The notes: generated by a model from the sequence alone, not told the origin. A stretch of 64,000 nucleotides of DNA from a virus (IMGVR_UViG_3300020463_000013:14387-78386), one strand, 5' to 3'. Numbered from the stretch's first letter, positions 40,814 to 51,340 are shown. Program-made: numbers and translations.

Positions 40814-43800
40814 TAGTAACTATATCCTCCGCCGCCTGATGATCCGCCGCCACCACTTGATGATCCGCCACCACCGCTACTACTTGAACTACTAGAACTA
40901 CTAGAACTGCTTGAACTGCTTGAACTACTAGAAGTACTTGTTCTATATGAAGAACTAGCAGTAGCAGAAGTTGTTGTAGTTGTTGCTGAGCTCATTATAC
41001 CTGTATTTGTTGTAGTGCTTTCATTTATTACATTACCGGCTGCTTTCAATCTACTTGCTGTAATAGCATCAATTATATCTATATCAGTAACTTGTGCACC
41101 ACTTATAAATATTTCATCGCTTTCTGATTTTATTTCGTATAAGCTACCAAAAGTTTGAGTATCGTCTTGAGGTACAATTACAAATGTTGTCAAGTCAGGC
41201 GAAAGTTGAGTCATTACATATGCACTTAGTTCACTAAAATAAAATGTTTCTCCAAATTCCCAATTTTCTAAACTAAAGAATTCGTTGATTGCACTAATTA
41301 CTCTTGATTTTACATCATTGTCGTTAATAACTTTGTCTGGATTTTTTACTATTTTAAATTGTGCTTGCAAATCACTACTCGCTTTATCCCCAAATAAAAT
41401 TTTGTATTTTACAGGATGGTAAATTATTTCATCACTAATACTTTTTACTTCATTCAATTTAGCACCAAAATTTTGAAACAGTGCATCACTGCTAGGCGGT
41501 AAAGGTTTTGCCTGTACCGATCCATCTAGATATTGCCTAAAAGCAGTATCAAAACTTCTAGTAAGTATGTAAGTGTCTACAATGTTACTTGCACTTGGGT
41601 CGATTCTAGTGCTTGAGTCGGCTGCATGTACATAGTGAAATTTTAAATCATCTCTTCCAACTTGTGCTTTGTATTCGTCTGTCAAATTAAGTCTGCTTGT
41701 ACTTTTATCAAGCACTTTAAAGACTTCCTCTTCAACTAGATAAAAAACTTGTCCATCATCATATGCACTTAATGCACCAACTGCTGTTTCATTTTGTTTT
41801 AATTGTATTTTCAAAATATCGTTAGTAACATAATTAAAATCTTCAACACCGTCAGCAGATTTAATCTTACGTAAGAATACAAATTTCTGTAAAGGATTTG
41901 TAACTTCGTCTACTATTTCATCAAAAATTTGTGGATCGTCTACAACTCCGTCATCATCGCTGTCAAAAAATGCTACTTGTATTTTCTTAGAGTTGACATA
42001 TCCTTCTGCATCTCTAAATTCTTCTTTTATTTCCCAGTCAAAGTCAACTGTGAAATTCTCTATACTATCTGGTTTTTTGTTGATGCTTAGTACACTAATC
42101 TTATCTTTGATTGTTTTGCCAGTTAAGTTATTGTAAATTTTATCGCTTGAATCATAATAAAATTTAACTTCTTTATCACTTTCAAAAACGTATCTACTTC
42201 CACGATATGTTATTGTATATTTTTCTCCGTCAGTCTGAAAAAGTAATAACCAACTAGCATCAAGTTTTTGTCCACTGACATCGCCTGTCTTACCTATACT
42301 AAATGCAGTATTAAGTCTTAAATTTTCTTCTGTAATTAATTTCCACTCGCCGCTTACTCTGTCAAATCTTAATCCAAATGCATTGTACGCTGATACTTGA
42401 TCAATTATTTGTGTTTGTACTTCGTCTGTAATTTCTGATGCTATAAAAGGTCTAATCTCTACTAACTGTGCATCGCTTGGAATAATATCATTAAGTTGAA
42501 CTGCGCCTATACCATTATCATCTGTAGTTGTACCGTCTCCGTTTACTGATACAATTTTTGTCCATTTATATAAAACTGCTTGTGGATGATCTGCTGCGCC
42601 TGTCATTAGCCCATGACTATTGTCTGCCATAAAATGTTTTCCTGCCGGCGGAATAAATTTAACGAGTGATCCAGGTTTAACAAATTGTAATGTTGAACTT
42701 GTAAATGTACCTAGTTGTATTTTTACACCAGCTGTGCTTTCAAAAATTCCTGTTGTTGTATTAGTTTCATCTGTTTTTGCATTCCAAATAATATTTAGAT
42801 CTGTCACATCAATTTTAGGAAAAGTATTAGTATAAAAATTCTTTATTAGAGTGCTTCTTAAAATAGGTTGAATTGTATTGTTGATTGCACCACTAATGTC
42901 AGTTGTGGTTGAAAATGTAAACATTGATTTAGAATTTAAAAAATCTTTGTATAACACTCCGTCTGTTGCAAATATATTTGTTTTACTATATTTTCCTGTG
43001 GCATCTAACAAATCAAAATATCTGGATATTCCGCTTGCTGTTCTGTTAACACTTTTTGTCTTAACAATTTCTTGAGAAATAGTAAGAGGCACAATTTGAT
43101 AATCTTCACCAGTGATCATTCTATTTTGAGTATAATAAGTTGCTGGTGCATTATTCTTAATACTTTCGCTAGTTTCAGAAACTGTTGCATTATCTACTGT
43201 GTATTGTAACGAATATATAAATGTTAGAGTTTCAACACTACCTGTCTTAGCAATATAAGGAATTTTTATACTAATACCTTTCATTTCATCAGGTGTAATA
43301 ACCATACGTTGATTTTTACTACTTCTGTAATATGCTCTAAAAGTTCCTTTAGGTAGATTACCAAAAACTCCATCTGAAAATACTATGCTTATTCTATCTT
43401 CAACTCTAGTCAAAACACTATAGAAGTTCCTAATGCTTTTACTTAAACTATTATAAATTACATTATTTCCTTCGGTGGCCGCAACCTTGGACCATAATTC
43501 TGTTTCTTGTCCGTTGCTATCTAACTTATACAACCATACATCAGTATCATTTACATTTACTGCATCAATTGCAACTACTTGATTGGTTGTTGGATTTGTA
43601 ATAGTGAATGGACCTTGGTCTAAAGCTCCTTGACGGAAGTGGCTAAAAAATCCAGTATTTGTACTTCCGTTTCCTCTGCCGTCATTTCTGTATAACAATG
43701 CAAAGTTGTTACCTGGAAATGGTGCTTCTTCTTCAATCACACCGTCACCTATATCTGTACTAACTATTTCAAATCTATTGTTACCGCCATTTACTGCTTT

Positions 43801-44406
43801 ATTAAAGCTAAACACAGGTACATCTTGATTAGTGCTGTTGAACCTATACTGTTCTGTGGGAACTCCTGCCACAGTATCTTTTTTAAATGGTCTACCAAAT
43901 GTACCATTTACAGGCAGTGCCGCGTTCATAATAAGAATAAACTGTTCATACCAATCAGGATTAGATGGGTCATTCCAAAGTATAGCTTGATTTTCTAAAT
44001 TAGTATTATTACTATCTATTACTTCTTCTGTAGTTGATACACTTTCAACTTTTAATAAACCGTTTGCCGCTTGATTACGCTTAGGATTATAAGATAGTAA
44101 ACGTGCAAGACGTAGTACGCTTTCTCTACGCTCAGCAAGTTCAAGGAAATTTTCTCTAGCATTTAAATCTGTACGAAATGCAAGATTTTGTCCTAGATAT
44201 GCAATCATATCTATTAACGCAATGTATTCACTTGATTCTATGTAGTCATTAAAATCCTCAGGATAGTTTTCTCTGAGGTAGTTTATCATGGTGCGTCTTA
44301 AATTATCAAAGTCATAACTTTGAAAATCTGCATTTCTGTAGCTTTGGTAGACTCTCTTCCAATCTTCTGCTACAAGTAATCTATTTTGTCTATCTGTTGA
44401 CGACAT
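40813..44406 (-). CDS. gp6: Baseplate wedge subunit, T4 gp6-like
   Basis: DFDNLRRTMINYL..FNDY.ESSE..LIDMIAY, A.LLSYNPKR, FSDGVFG.LP, AP..Y.TQNRMIT.EDY; follows the gp25-like gene. Confidence 0.8.
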   Translation of the reverse strand: MSSTDRQNRLLVAEDWKRVYQSYRNADFQSYDFDNLRRTMINYLRENYPEDFNDYIESSEYIALIDMIAYLGQNLAFRTDLNARENFLELAERRESVLRLARLLSYNPKRNQAANGLLKVESVSTTEEVIDSNNTNLENQAILWNDPSNPDWYEQFILIMNAALPVNGTFGRPFKKDTVAGVPTEQYRFNSTNQDVPVFSFNKAVNGGNNRFEIVSTDIGDGVIEEEAPFPGNNFALLYRNDGRGNGSTNTGFFSHFRQGALDQGPFTITNPTTNQVVAIDAVNVNDTDVWLYKLDSNGQETELWSKVAATEGNNVIYNSLSKSIRNFYSVLTRVEDRISIVFSDGVFGNLPKGTFRAYYRSSKNQRMVITPDEMKGISIKIPYIAKTGSVETLTFIYSLQYTVDNATVSETSESIKNNAPATYYTQNRMITGEDYQIVPLTISQEIVKTKSVNRTASGISRYFDLLDATGKYSKTNIFATDGVLYKDFLNSKSMFTFSTTTDISGAINNTIQPILRSTLIKNFYTNTFPKIDVTDLNIIWNAKTDETNTTTGIFESTAGVKIQLGTFTSSTLQFVKPGSLVKFIPPAGKHFMADNSHGLMTGAADHPQAVLYKWTKIVSVNGDGTTTDDNGIGAVQLNDIIPSDAQLVEIRPFIASEITDEVQTQIIDQVSAYNAFGLRFDRVSGEWKLITEENLRLNTAFSIGKTGDVSGQKLDASWLLLFQTDGEKYTITYRGSRYVFESDKEVKFYYDSSDKIYNNLTGKTIKDKISVLSINKKPDSIENFTVDFDWEIKEEFRDAEGYVNSKKIQVAFFDSDDDGVVDDPQIFDEIVDEVTNPLQKFVFLRKIKSADGVEDFNYVTNDILKIQLKQNETAVGALSAYDDGQVFYLVEEEVFKVLDKSTSRLNLTDEYKAQVGRDDLKFHYVHAADSSTRIDPSASNIVDTYILTRSFDTAFRQYLDGSVQAKPLPPSSDALFQNFGAKLNEVKSISDEIIYHPVKYKILFGDKASSDLQAQFKIVKNPDKVINDNDVKSRVISAINEFFSLENWEFGETFYFSELSAYVMTQLSPDLTTFVIVPQDDTQTFGSLYEIKSESDEIFISGAQVTDIDIIDAITASRLKAAGNVINESTTTNTGIMSSATTTTTSATASSSYRTSTSSSSSSSSSSSSSSSSSSSGGGGSSSGGGGSSGGGGYSY

Positions 44407-44429
44407 TTTTACTTCCTTGTTCTATACAG

Positions 44430-44435
44430 TATTTA
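44430..44435 (-). promoter_or_regulatory. Late promoter core TAAATA
   Basis: TAATAAATA on the minus strand upstream of the gp6-like gene. Confidence 0.55.
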
Positions 44436-44463
44436 TTATGATTGGAAAAGTACGTACTTTATT

Positions 44464-44913
44464 TTATCCTAAAAATCCTGCATTTTGATCAAATTGCAAG
44501 CGTAAATTTTCAGATATATTATAGGGCAAATATGACAAGTCAACTTCGATTTGCAAACCACTTTCATATTGGTCAATGCTTACATTTGTTACTTGTACTC
44601 TTGGATCATAATTTACTATAGTTGTTACATTGTTAACTATTGCTTCTTTTAGTTGTTCTGTAAGAGGATCAAATAAAACGTCCCAAATAATTGTACCAAA
44701 TTCAGGATCAGATAATTTTTCTCCTTGACGAATATGAAAATGATTCAATATGTCTTGTTTTATTAATGCAAGATCATATAGAACTGTTTCATTGTTTTCT
44801 GGATTAACAGTTGATATACCTCTGTATGCACGACTAGATACACCATATTGAGTGCTAGTTCCTGTACCTTTTACTTCGATTTGCTTATATAACTGTTTTT
44901 CTTTTGTACTCAT
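44464..44913 (-). CDS. gp25: Baseplate wedge subunit, gp25-like
   Basis: IKQDILNHF...GEKLSDPEFGT.IWDVLFDP...YDPRV. Confidence 0.85.
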   Translation of the reverse strand: MSTKEKQLYKQIEVKGTGTSTQYGVSSRAYRGISTVNPENNETVLYDLALIKQDILNHFHIRQGEKLSDPEFGTIIWDVLFDPLTEQLKEAIVNNVTTIVNYDPRVQVTNVSIDQYESGLQIEVDLSYLPYNISENLRLQFDQNAGFLG

Positions 44914-44918
44914 AATAC

Positions 44919-44924
44919 TATTTA
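44919..44924 (-). promoter_or_regulatory. Late promoter core TAAATA, 5 nt before the ATG
   Basis: TAAATA-GTATT-ATG on the minus strand. Confidence 0.5.
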
Positions 44925-47453
44925 CCTTGCCCCTTTAACGTCTTGTTTGTTAGTGTTTACCGGAGGCAAAGGTTCTGCTTTAACATTTGTACCGTCTGGC
45001 TGTAATTCTAGACTTGCAAGTCTAGGATATCCACCATTTATTAATTTGTAAACATAACCACTTCCTGTTTTTCTACGTTCTGGAGTTTCATTAGCTTTGT
45101 CAGCGTATCCTACTGCTACTTCAAACTGTTTTGCAAGACTACCAAGGTTATTACTGTCCCAACTAATTTTTTTTGATTGCAAATAAGCAACAGCAATATC
45201 TGTTGCAACTACTGGATCATTTGCAAGATCAGGATTTTCAACTATCTCAGGATGTCCCGATTTCTTACCATAAGTGCTATAGTTGGCCTTAAAGGTAATT
45301 TGTATCATTCCGCGTCCGCGATATTTGTACCCTTCATTACTTGCATTTCCTAATCTATTTCCGTATACAGTGTTACCTATAGTTGCAGGTTTACGTGCTA
45401 TCCTATCTGCAATATTTCTAACTTGTGATCTAGTAACCATCTTTGTGCCTTTGCCAGAGATATTAAATTCTTTTTTAGCGGCTAATTTTAATCTATAACT
45501 AAAGACAGCTACTAATGCATCACTACTGTAATTTAAATTTTCGCTTCTTGGTTCAAAGTTACACTCATGACTAATTTGCGCCATTGCCATTGCAACTGCT
45601 TCAGCGTTGCCTCCGTCCTTAGCACTTTTAGTTTCATCTAATCCTAGTTTAGTACAAAGTTGATTTACAAAGTATCTTTCCATTTTCTCAGGAGCCGCAG
45701 GTTTGTTTGGTTGCTTTCCTATTTCTCCTTCTTGTCCTGGTACAATACCATCACTTGTAATTTCAACTGTTTTTCCATTTCTTGTTTCTGTCTTTGCATT
45801 TACAGCGGCATTTGTTTCGTCACTCTTTTCTGCATTTTCTGTTTCAACAGGCGGAGTTGTGTTCCTGTTGACATAACTAGGTGCTTCACTTGCAGAAGTG
45901 TTTGTAGCTGTAAAAATAGTAGGGTCTAAATGTTCATGTCCTAACCAAGGTTCGTGCTCTGGTAGACGAACAGGGAACAGTGCATCGGTTGCTTTTTTTG
46001 CTTTAGGTGAAACTTCTGCATCTTCTGCTTTTGCTGCAGGTTCAGATGGATTAAGGTCTATAGTCGATCCTGTAATTTTTGTTGCGCCAGTTGTATGAAT
46101 ATCTAACTTACCCTCTTGAAATATACGTGTATCTGTTCCAGTTTTAATATCGAGTTTGGTTTTAGTTTGAATACTAGTTGCTTCTTCAACTTTAATATCT
46201 AACGACATTTCTGTTGTAAGTTTTCCATTTTCTGTGACACTAATGTTAAGATCTTTACCAGTGCTTATATTAGCATCATCACCTATAATCATATTAAGTT
46301 CAGCACCTACTTCAAAATTCATATCTATCCCGGTTTTAATATCTGTCTTTTTTCCGGATGTAATTTTAGTATTATCACCTGCATTTAAATTAAAACTTTT
46401 TCCTGCATACATGTTAATATCTCTATCAGCAGAAATATTTAGATCTAGTTCGGTGTGTAAACTAATACTGTCTCTGCTATACACATCAATTTTTCCCAAA
46501 CTTGTAAGTTCTATCCAAGCACTGCCTTTTGCATTACCTATGTAAATTAGGTCTTCTGAATTATGTAAAAGTATTTGATGTCCTGTACGTGTACGCAGTC
46601 TAACAAGTTCGTTGTGCGGCACATCTGCAAAACCTTTTTTGTCTTTATCTTCTTCAACACTAATATATTCAGCTTTTGTTTCGCTTGCATAACCTGTACG
46701 TAAAATTGCAGGATCGCCGTCGTCCATTACAAATGTTGATCCGCCAAGCCTGTTAAAATATCGTTGTGATCCTCCTGCTCTAGGATCACCATATTTTGCT
46801 CTTGGTGCACCATCTCGTCTGTCTTCTGGTCCTGGAGTACTCCAACCAAATACCATACTAGGCACTTCACGTCTAGCACTAGAAGTAGTTGTACCTCTAA
46901 TACTGTCATCGAGCAAACCTTGCGTCATATAATTAAATTCTGCATCCTCAGAATAAGGCTTGATAAATTTAGTTGGATTTTTTCCTGCACCCGATTCTAA
47001 TTTTTTATTGTATTCGCCTACAGGATATGGTTTAGAAGTATCTTTATCATTATAAAAACTGCTTGCCATTCCTGGTAACATAAAGTTCATGTACTCATCT
47101 TGTACACAACCAATCCAGTATCCTCTACTTCTATTTCCTTCAGCAAAAATTACAAGCACTTGTGTACCTATGTCTGGTGGTATCGCCCACATACCATAAC
47201 TCTTTTGTGTGTATTTGTATCCTTTATTTTTTGTAAGTCCTGCATAAGGAGTTACACCATAAAAAGGCGACATATATTTTACAGTGATTATTTCACCAGT
47301 ACCTTGAGTGCTGTTACCGCTACTTACAATTTTTAGAAGTTCAACTTCTAATGTACCCATGTATTTTGCATCTAGATGATTTATTACTTTTGCAAGATAT
47401 GGTCCTGGATCGCGTACCTGTTTAGAAGTACCGGATCTACTTTGTTCAGACAT
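44922..47453 (-). CDS. gp5: Baseplate central spike, gp5/VgrG-like, with C-terminal GH19 (chitinase/lysozyme-like) domain
   Basis: OB-fold motif GMWAIPPDIGTQVLVIFAEG...YWIGC, RTRTGHQI, ~8-residue beta-helix repeats, then AQISHECN...ENLNYS...YRGRGMIQIT.K.NY. Confidence 0.8.
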   Translation of the reverse strand: MSEQSRSGTSKQVRDPGPYLAKVINHLDAKYMGTLEVELLKIVSSGNSTQGTGEIITVKYMSPFYGVTPYAGLTKNKGYKYTQKSYGMWAIPPDIGTQVLVIFAEGNRSRGYWIGCVQDEYMNFMLPGMASSFYNDKDTSKPYPVGEYNKKLESGAGKNPTKFIKPYSEDAEFNYMTQGLLDDSIRGTTTSSARREVPSMVFGWSTPGPEDRRDGAPRAKYGDPRAGGSQRYFNRLGGSTFVMDDGDPAILRTGYASETKAEYISVEEDKDKKGFADVPHNELVRLRTRTGHQILLHNSEDLIYIGNAKGSAWIELTSLGKIDVYSRDSISLHTELDLNISADRDINMYAGKSFNLNAGDNTKITSGKKTDIKTGIDMNFEVGAELNMIIGDDANISTGKDLNISVTENGKLTTEMSLDIKVEEATSIQTKTKLDIKTGTDTRIFQEGKLDIHTTGATKITGSTIDLNPSEPAAKAEDAEVSPKAKKATDALFPVRLPEHEPWLGHEHLDPTIFTATNTSASEAPSYVNRNTTPPVETENAEKSDETNAAVNAKTETRNGKTVEITSDGIVPGQEGEIGKQPNKPAAPEKMERYFVNQLCTKLGLDETKSAKDGGNAEAVAMAMAQISHECNFEPRSENLNYSSDALVAVFSYRLKLAAKKEFNISGKGTKMVTRSQVRNIADRIARKPATIGNTVYGNRLGNASNEGYKYRGRGMIQITFKANYSTYGKKSGHPEIVENPDLANDPVVATDIAVAYLQSKKISWDSNNLGSLAKQFEVAVGYADKANETPERRKTGSGYVYKLINGGYPRLASLELQPDGTNVKAEPLPPVNTNKQDVKGAR

Positions 47454-50107
47454 TACAATGTACCTCTAATTCTATTGACTACTTTTTGCTCAGAAGGTTT
47501 TGCTTTACTGCCTGTACTTGCGGCCGCATCTGCAGGACCGTCAACACCAGCTGTGCTTGCACCTTGGCCTCCTGACTTATTAGCAGCGGCTGCATCAGCA
47601 GGACCGTCTATGCCTGATTTTGCATCATTAAGATTATTTTCTTCGCCACCGCTTTTCATAGATCCGTTTCCTGAACTAGAAGGGGAAACTTTTGTATCTG
47701 TATCTTGATTAGGTCTTCTCATTAATCTAAGATTTTGCGTAAACTGTCCACCACTAAAGCTATTTTCTACAAACAATACTTGATATACTCCGCTAAATGC
47801 ACCTACTGGTTCTGTGCCTAATCCAGGAAAAGTCATCCAGTTTTCTCCTGTATCGATAGGTGTTCTAAAATTTAAAGTCACATCAACTTCGCTACGCTGA
47901 TATTCAATAGTTCCGTCTTTAGTTAAATTAATAGTTGCAGGATCTTGTTCAGCATTATAGTTGCCCATCCCACTATCTGCAATATAATATGGATCACCCA
48001 TAATTTGTAAATCAACCATTACTAAATCTACATCACTATTTACGATTGCATCATTATATTGTCTTGCAACCTGGTTTTGCGTATGAGTTTGACCTCCACC
48101 ACCTCCGCTATCATTTTCAGGACCAGTTGTATCTATTGTAGGAGATGTACCTGTGGTACTGTTTGCCTCATTACCTTCTGATGATACTGTGGGTTGATCA
48201 TCGTTGCCAGCGGCTGAATTGTTTTGTCCTGAAAGTTTGCTGTCAGCATTAAGCTGGCCTTTGTCAGCACTAAGCCCCATAAAAAAAGCATAATTTATAT
48301 CTATGTTAAAATCTAAAATATCTTTGTTTACACCGGTATAAATGTAATTGTATTCTTTACATGTTTCTTGCCTAACTTTATCAAGTCCAGGAGTTGCTGT
48401 GTTTCTGTTTGCAGTTTTTGATACATGCACTTTGTATGGTATAACTTGATACACATAAACTTTTGGATAGGTTCCTTTTACATTTACTGCTTCGGGTTCA
48501 TCAACAAGATATACATTTACTTCAATTCTGAACCAATCTACCATTCCGTTTGCATCTGGATTTTCTACATTCTCGGCTAATTGTCTACCATAGTCGCTCA
48601 GTATAAGAATTTCTTCAATTATATCTTGTATTTTTGAACCTTGTTTAAATGTAAACTTTCTTCCTTCATCGCTGATAGATAAACTTCCTCTGCTGAATAC
48701 TCCTGGTTTGTCTTTTACTTCTGTAAATTTTGGTCTTCCAAAAGGAACTTCGCCTCCGTCTAGGAAACTTTTTACCATTTTACTTTTGCCTATGTCATTG
48801 ATGTTAATTTCGTTTTCTGCGTTTTCTTTTATTTTTTCACCAAATTCGCTTCTTTTCAGAACAAAGCCTTTTATGTTTTGTAGTTCTCTTTCTGCTATTT
48901 CTAGCATTTCGTCATCTTCTATGTCGCCAAATGCAAGTTTTATAGCTTTATCCTTATTTGCTTCAGAAAACTCTCTAACTTGCTCTCCTGCTTGACTTAA
49001 TTTTGATTTAGTAGTTGCACCTTGTTGATTGTCTATTGCTCCTAAAAGTACATCTGTTACACTAGATAATTCTTGTGGAAATGCAATTACATACTGATCT
49101 CCTCTAGGTGTTTGTTTTGCTTCTTCGTTACGCACTTCTCTGTCATTAAGCACTGTTGATAAACTACCAGGACCACTTTGTAATAATTCACCTATTGTTG
49201 TTCCGGATAAACTTATATCTGTTTTTACTTTTTGCACTTGATCCGTTAATGCACTTTCGTGGTAAGGTATTGCTTGCACTGTATAGTTACTTCCGCCTTC
49301 TGTAACTTTAAAAGATACGTCTACAAAATTCAAAGGAAAAATACGTCTAGCTTTTGCTGGACGCATGTAATTACCATTATCATCAAAACCTACAAATTCA
49401 ACACTTAAAACATAAGGAGCTCCAATATAATTTTTATGTCCTGCTTGCTTAGCCGCTAGATTAAGTGTTTGTAAAAACATGCCCATACTGTAAGGTTCTT
49501 GAACAGTAAAATCTATGCTTGTTGCATTCGTTTGTTTTGTATCTGCACCCGGTGCAATAAGTGTGTTGATTGTTACTTCGTCAATAAAATATTCTACAGC
49601 ACCTGTAGTTTCAAAAGCAGTCCTTACTTTTGCTGGTCCAGCACCTCCTCCTGACTTTAAAACTAAAACTTCAGGATCGTTATAACGATAGGTTAAATCT
49701 GGAAAATTTACTTCATATGCAGTCAAACATCCTAAAGTAAAAATATAATTGTAACTTGCAAATTTTTCTAATTGATTAGGAAAAGGTAATCCGCCACCCA
49801 AATCATTAAGCGAGCTTTGTCCTCCTCCACCGCCTAGTAATCCAGAAATATTACCTATTCCAGTAAGTCCTATTAAATCTAAACCGCTGGGTAATTTGAT
49901 TTTGCCTGCTAGTTGTTGTACTGCTCCATTTACAGCCGCTTGTGCTTGACTTTGTACTCCCGAAAGCGTTCCGTTTATATCTATGTTTCCTGGTGTTTTT
50001 AAATTAGGAATCTGAGATTGTATTTGGCTTACAGCGTTGTCTATGCTGAATCCACCCGCCTTTGCTCTGTTTAACAGATTCTGTGGTTTAAAATTTCCAA
50101 TTGGCAT
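47453..50107 (-). CDS. Putative baseplate hub/tail protein (gp27/gpD-like)
   Basis: Lies between the gp53-like and gp5-like genes; I.GDPY and SGVYQV..VENSFSGGQFTQ.L.L.R resemble hub-protein C-termini. Confidence 0.5.
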   Translation of the reverse strand: MPIGNFKPQNLLNRAKAGGFSIDNAVSQIQSQIPNLKTPGNIDINGTLSGVQSQAQAAVNGAVQQLAGKIKLPSGLDLIGLTGIGNISGLLGGGGGQSSLNDLGGGLPFPNQLEKFASYNYIFTLGCLTAYEVNFPDLTYRYNDPEVLVLKSGGGAGPAKVRTAFETTGAVEYFIDEVTINTLIAPGADTKQTNATSIDFTVQEPYSMGMFLQTLNLAAKQAGHKNYIGAPYVLSVEFVGFDDNGNYMRPAKARRIFPLNFVDVSFKVTEGGSNYTVQAIPYHESALTDQVQKVKTDISLSGTTIGELLQSGPGSLSTVLNDREVRNEEAKQTPRGDQYVIAFPQELSSVTDVLLGAIDNQQGATTKSKLSQAGEQVREFSEANKDKAIKLAFGDIEDDEMLEIAERELQNIKGFVLKRSEFGEKIKENAENEININDIGKSKMVKSFLDGGEVPFGRPKFTEVKDKPGVFSRGSLSISDEGRKFTFKQGSKIQDIIEEILILSDYGRQLAENVENPDANGMVDWFRIEVNVYLVDEPEAVNVKGTYPKVYVYQVIPYKVHVSKTANRNTATPGLDKVRQETCKEYNYIYTGVNKDILDFNIDINYAFFMGLSADKGQLNADSKLSGQNNSAAGNDDQPTVSSEGNEANSTTGTSPTIDTTGPENDSGGGGGQTHTQNQVARQYNDAIVNSDVDLVMVDLQIMGDPYYIADSGMGNYNAEQDPATINLTKDGTIEYQRSEVDVTLNFRTPIDTGENWMTFPGLGTEPVGAFSGVYQVLFVENSFSGGQFTQNLRLMRRPNQDTDTKVSPSSSGNGSMKSGGEENNLNDAKSGIDGPADAAAANKSGGQGASTAGVDGPADAAASTGSKAKPSEQKVVNRIRGTL

Positions 50108-50410
50108 TTATATTCCTAATACTCTAAACAACGATTCACCTTGTGGAATAAAAATCTCCACGCCAGGCTCCATATCATATACAGGATCTTTTATAATATC
50201 CATATTTCTTTGTGCAAATACCCAATATAAATTTTTGTCACCGTATAAATCATATGCAAGTAAATCAGGTCGATATGCATATTGCGGCTCTATCTCATAT
50301 CTTACATCGTCAAAATTTTCTGGTACAGGTCTAATAGTTAAAATATCTAAAAATTGATTATTCTTAAATTTTGTTTTAGCATAAGCACTACTATTTCCGT
50401 ATGTTGCCAT
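50108..50410 (-). CDS. gp53: Baseplate wedge gp53/LysM-like protein
   Basis: YRPDLLAYDLYG...YWVFAQRN...PG..IFIP. Confidence 0.75.
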   Translation of the reverse strand: MATYGNSSAYAKTKFKNNQFLDILTIRPVPENFDDVRYEIEPQYAYRPDLLAYDLYGDKNLYWVFAQRNMDIIKDPVYDMEPGVEIFIPQGESLFRVLGI

Positions 50411-51261
50411 TAGATAAATCCTCCGCCGGAACCTTTGCCATTATATGCACCACCTACAAAACTTGCAAGACTAAATTGCTCAACAGCAGCTCTTGAATAT
50501 ATAGGTTGCAATGTAACTTGTATGTTGCTTTGCACAGGCACCCATGCGTTTATAGGGCTAGGAACTTGTATATAATCTACTTCTGATCCTAGTTCAACAC
50601 TAAACTGTGTAATTACACAAGGTACATTATTAAACATAAAATCACCGTAGCCTTTTACTTTAACAATAGGCGGTGGTGCACCTTGTTGATCTGTTGCTCC
50701 GTATGCCATCTTAGTGGCACTACGTAAAAAATGTACAGCACCTACCCAATAAGCACCTTCTCTTGCATTTTCAATAAAGAAATCACCTACAATGCTAAAC
50801 TGTTCAACTCTACTGTTTTGATATGCCATAAAAGGATAATTAGTATGTACGGGTTGTATTTGATTATAGCTTGCACTGTGACTAATTAGTATCTGGGGAG
50901 TATAGGGAAAAATTAAACCATTTGTTTCGTAGAGTGGTTGTAGATAAGGCGAAGATTCAAAGTTATTACCTGAAGGTAAACTAATTCTTACACGCCAATC
51001 ATACTCATCACCTACAAAGCCCACGTCTGTAAAAGGAGCAAATCTTTGTATTGGCATACCAAATCCGGGTAATCCTCTACTACGCAATGCTTTACCAAAT
51101 AGACTACCGGCTGCTTTTAATGGATTAGCTTTGAAATCATTAAACGTTTTTGTCAAGTTTTGCTTGATGTTGCCTGCACCTACAAGACTTTCAACACTGC
51201 CTTGAATGTTTCTTGCTTGTGATTTTAAATTTGCGGCAACGCTCGGAAAATTAATTGGCAT
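50410..51261 (-). CDS. Tail tube initiator/baseplate cap (gp48/gp54-like)
   Basis: FPYTPQI...A.Y...HTNY, G.PPPIVK..GYG..MFNNVPCVITQFSV. Confidence 0.6.
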   Translation of the reverse strand: MPINFPSVAANLKSQARNIQGSVESLVGAGNIKQNLTKTFNDFKANPLKAAGSLFGKALRSRGLPGFGMPIQRFAPFTDVGFVGDEYDWRVRISLPSGNNFESSPYLQPLYETNGLIFPYTPQILISHSASYNQIQPVHTNYPFMAYQNSRVEQFSIVGDFFIENAREGAYWVGAVHFLRSATKMAYGATDQQGAPPPIVKVKGYGDFMFNNVPCVITQFSVELGSEVDYIQVPSPINAWVPVQSNIQVTLQPIYSRAAVEQFSLASFVGGAYNGKGSGGGFI

Positions 51262-51281
51262 TTTTCGTACTCCTATGTAAG

Positions 51282-51287
51282 TATTTA
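51282..51287 (-). promoter_or_regulatory. Late promoter core TAAATA heading the tail operon
   Basis: CTAAATA on the minus strand, then an AGGAG SD and ATG 51261. Confidence 0.6.
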
Positions 51288-51288
51288 G

Positions 51289-51317
51289 TTGACTTTTTAA
51301 TGTGCGTATATTATAAT
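51289..51317 (+). promoter_or_regulatory. Sigma70-type promoter for the late sigma factor gene
   Basis: TTGACT (51289-94) -N17- TATAAT (51312-17), GGAG SD before ATG 51341. Confidence 0.75.
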
Positions 51318-51340
51318 ATAACTATAAATTTGGAGAAATC

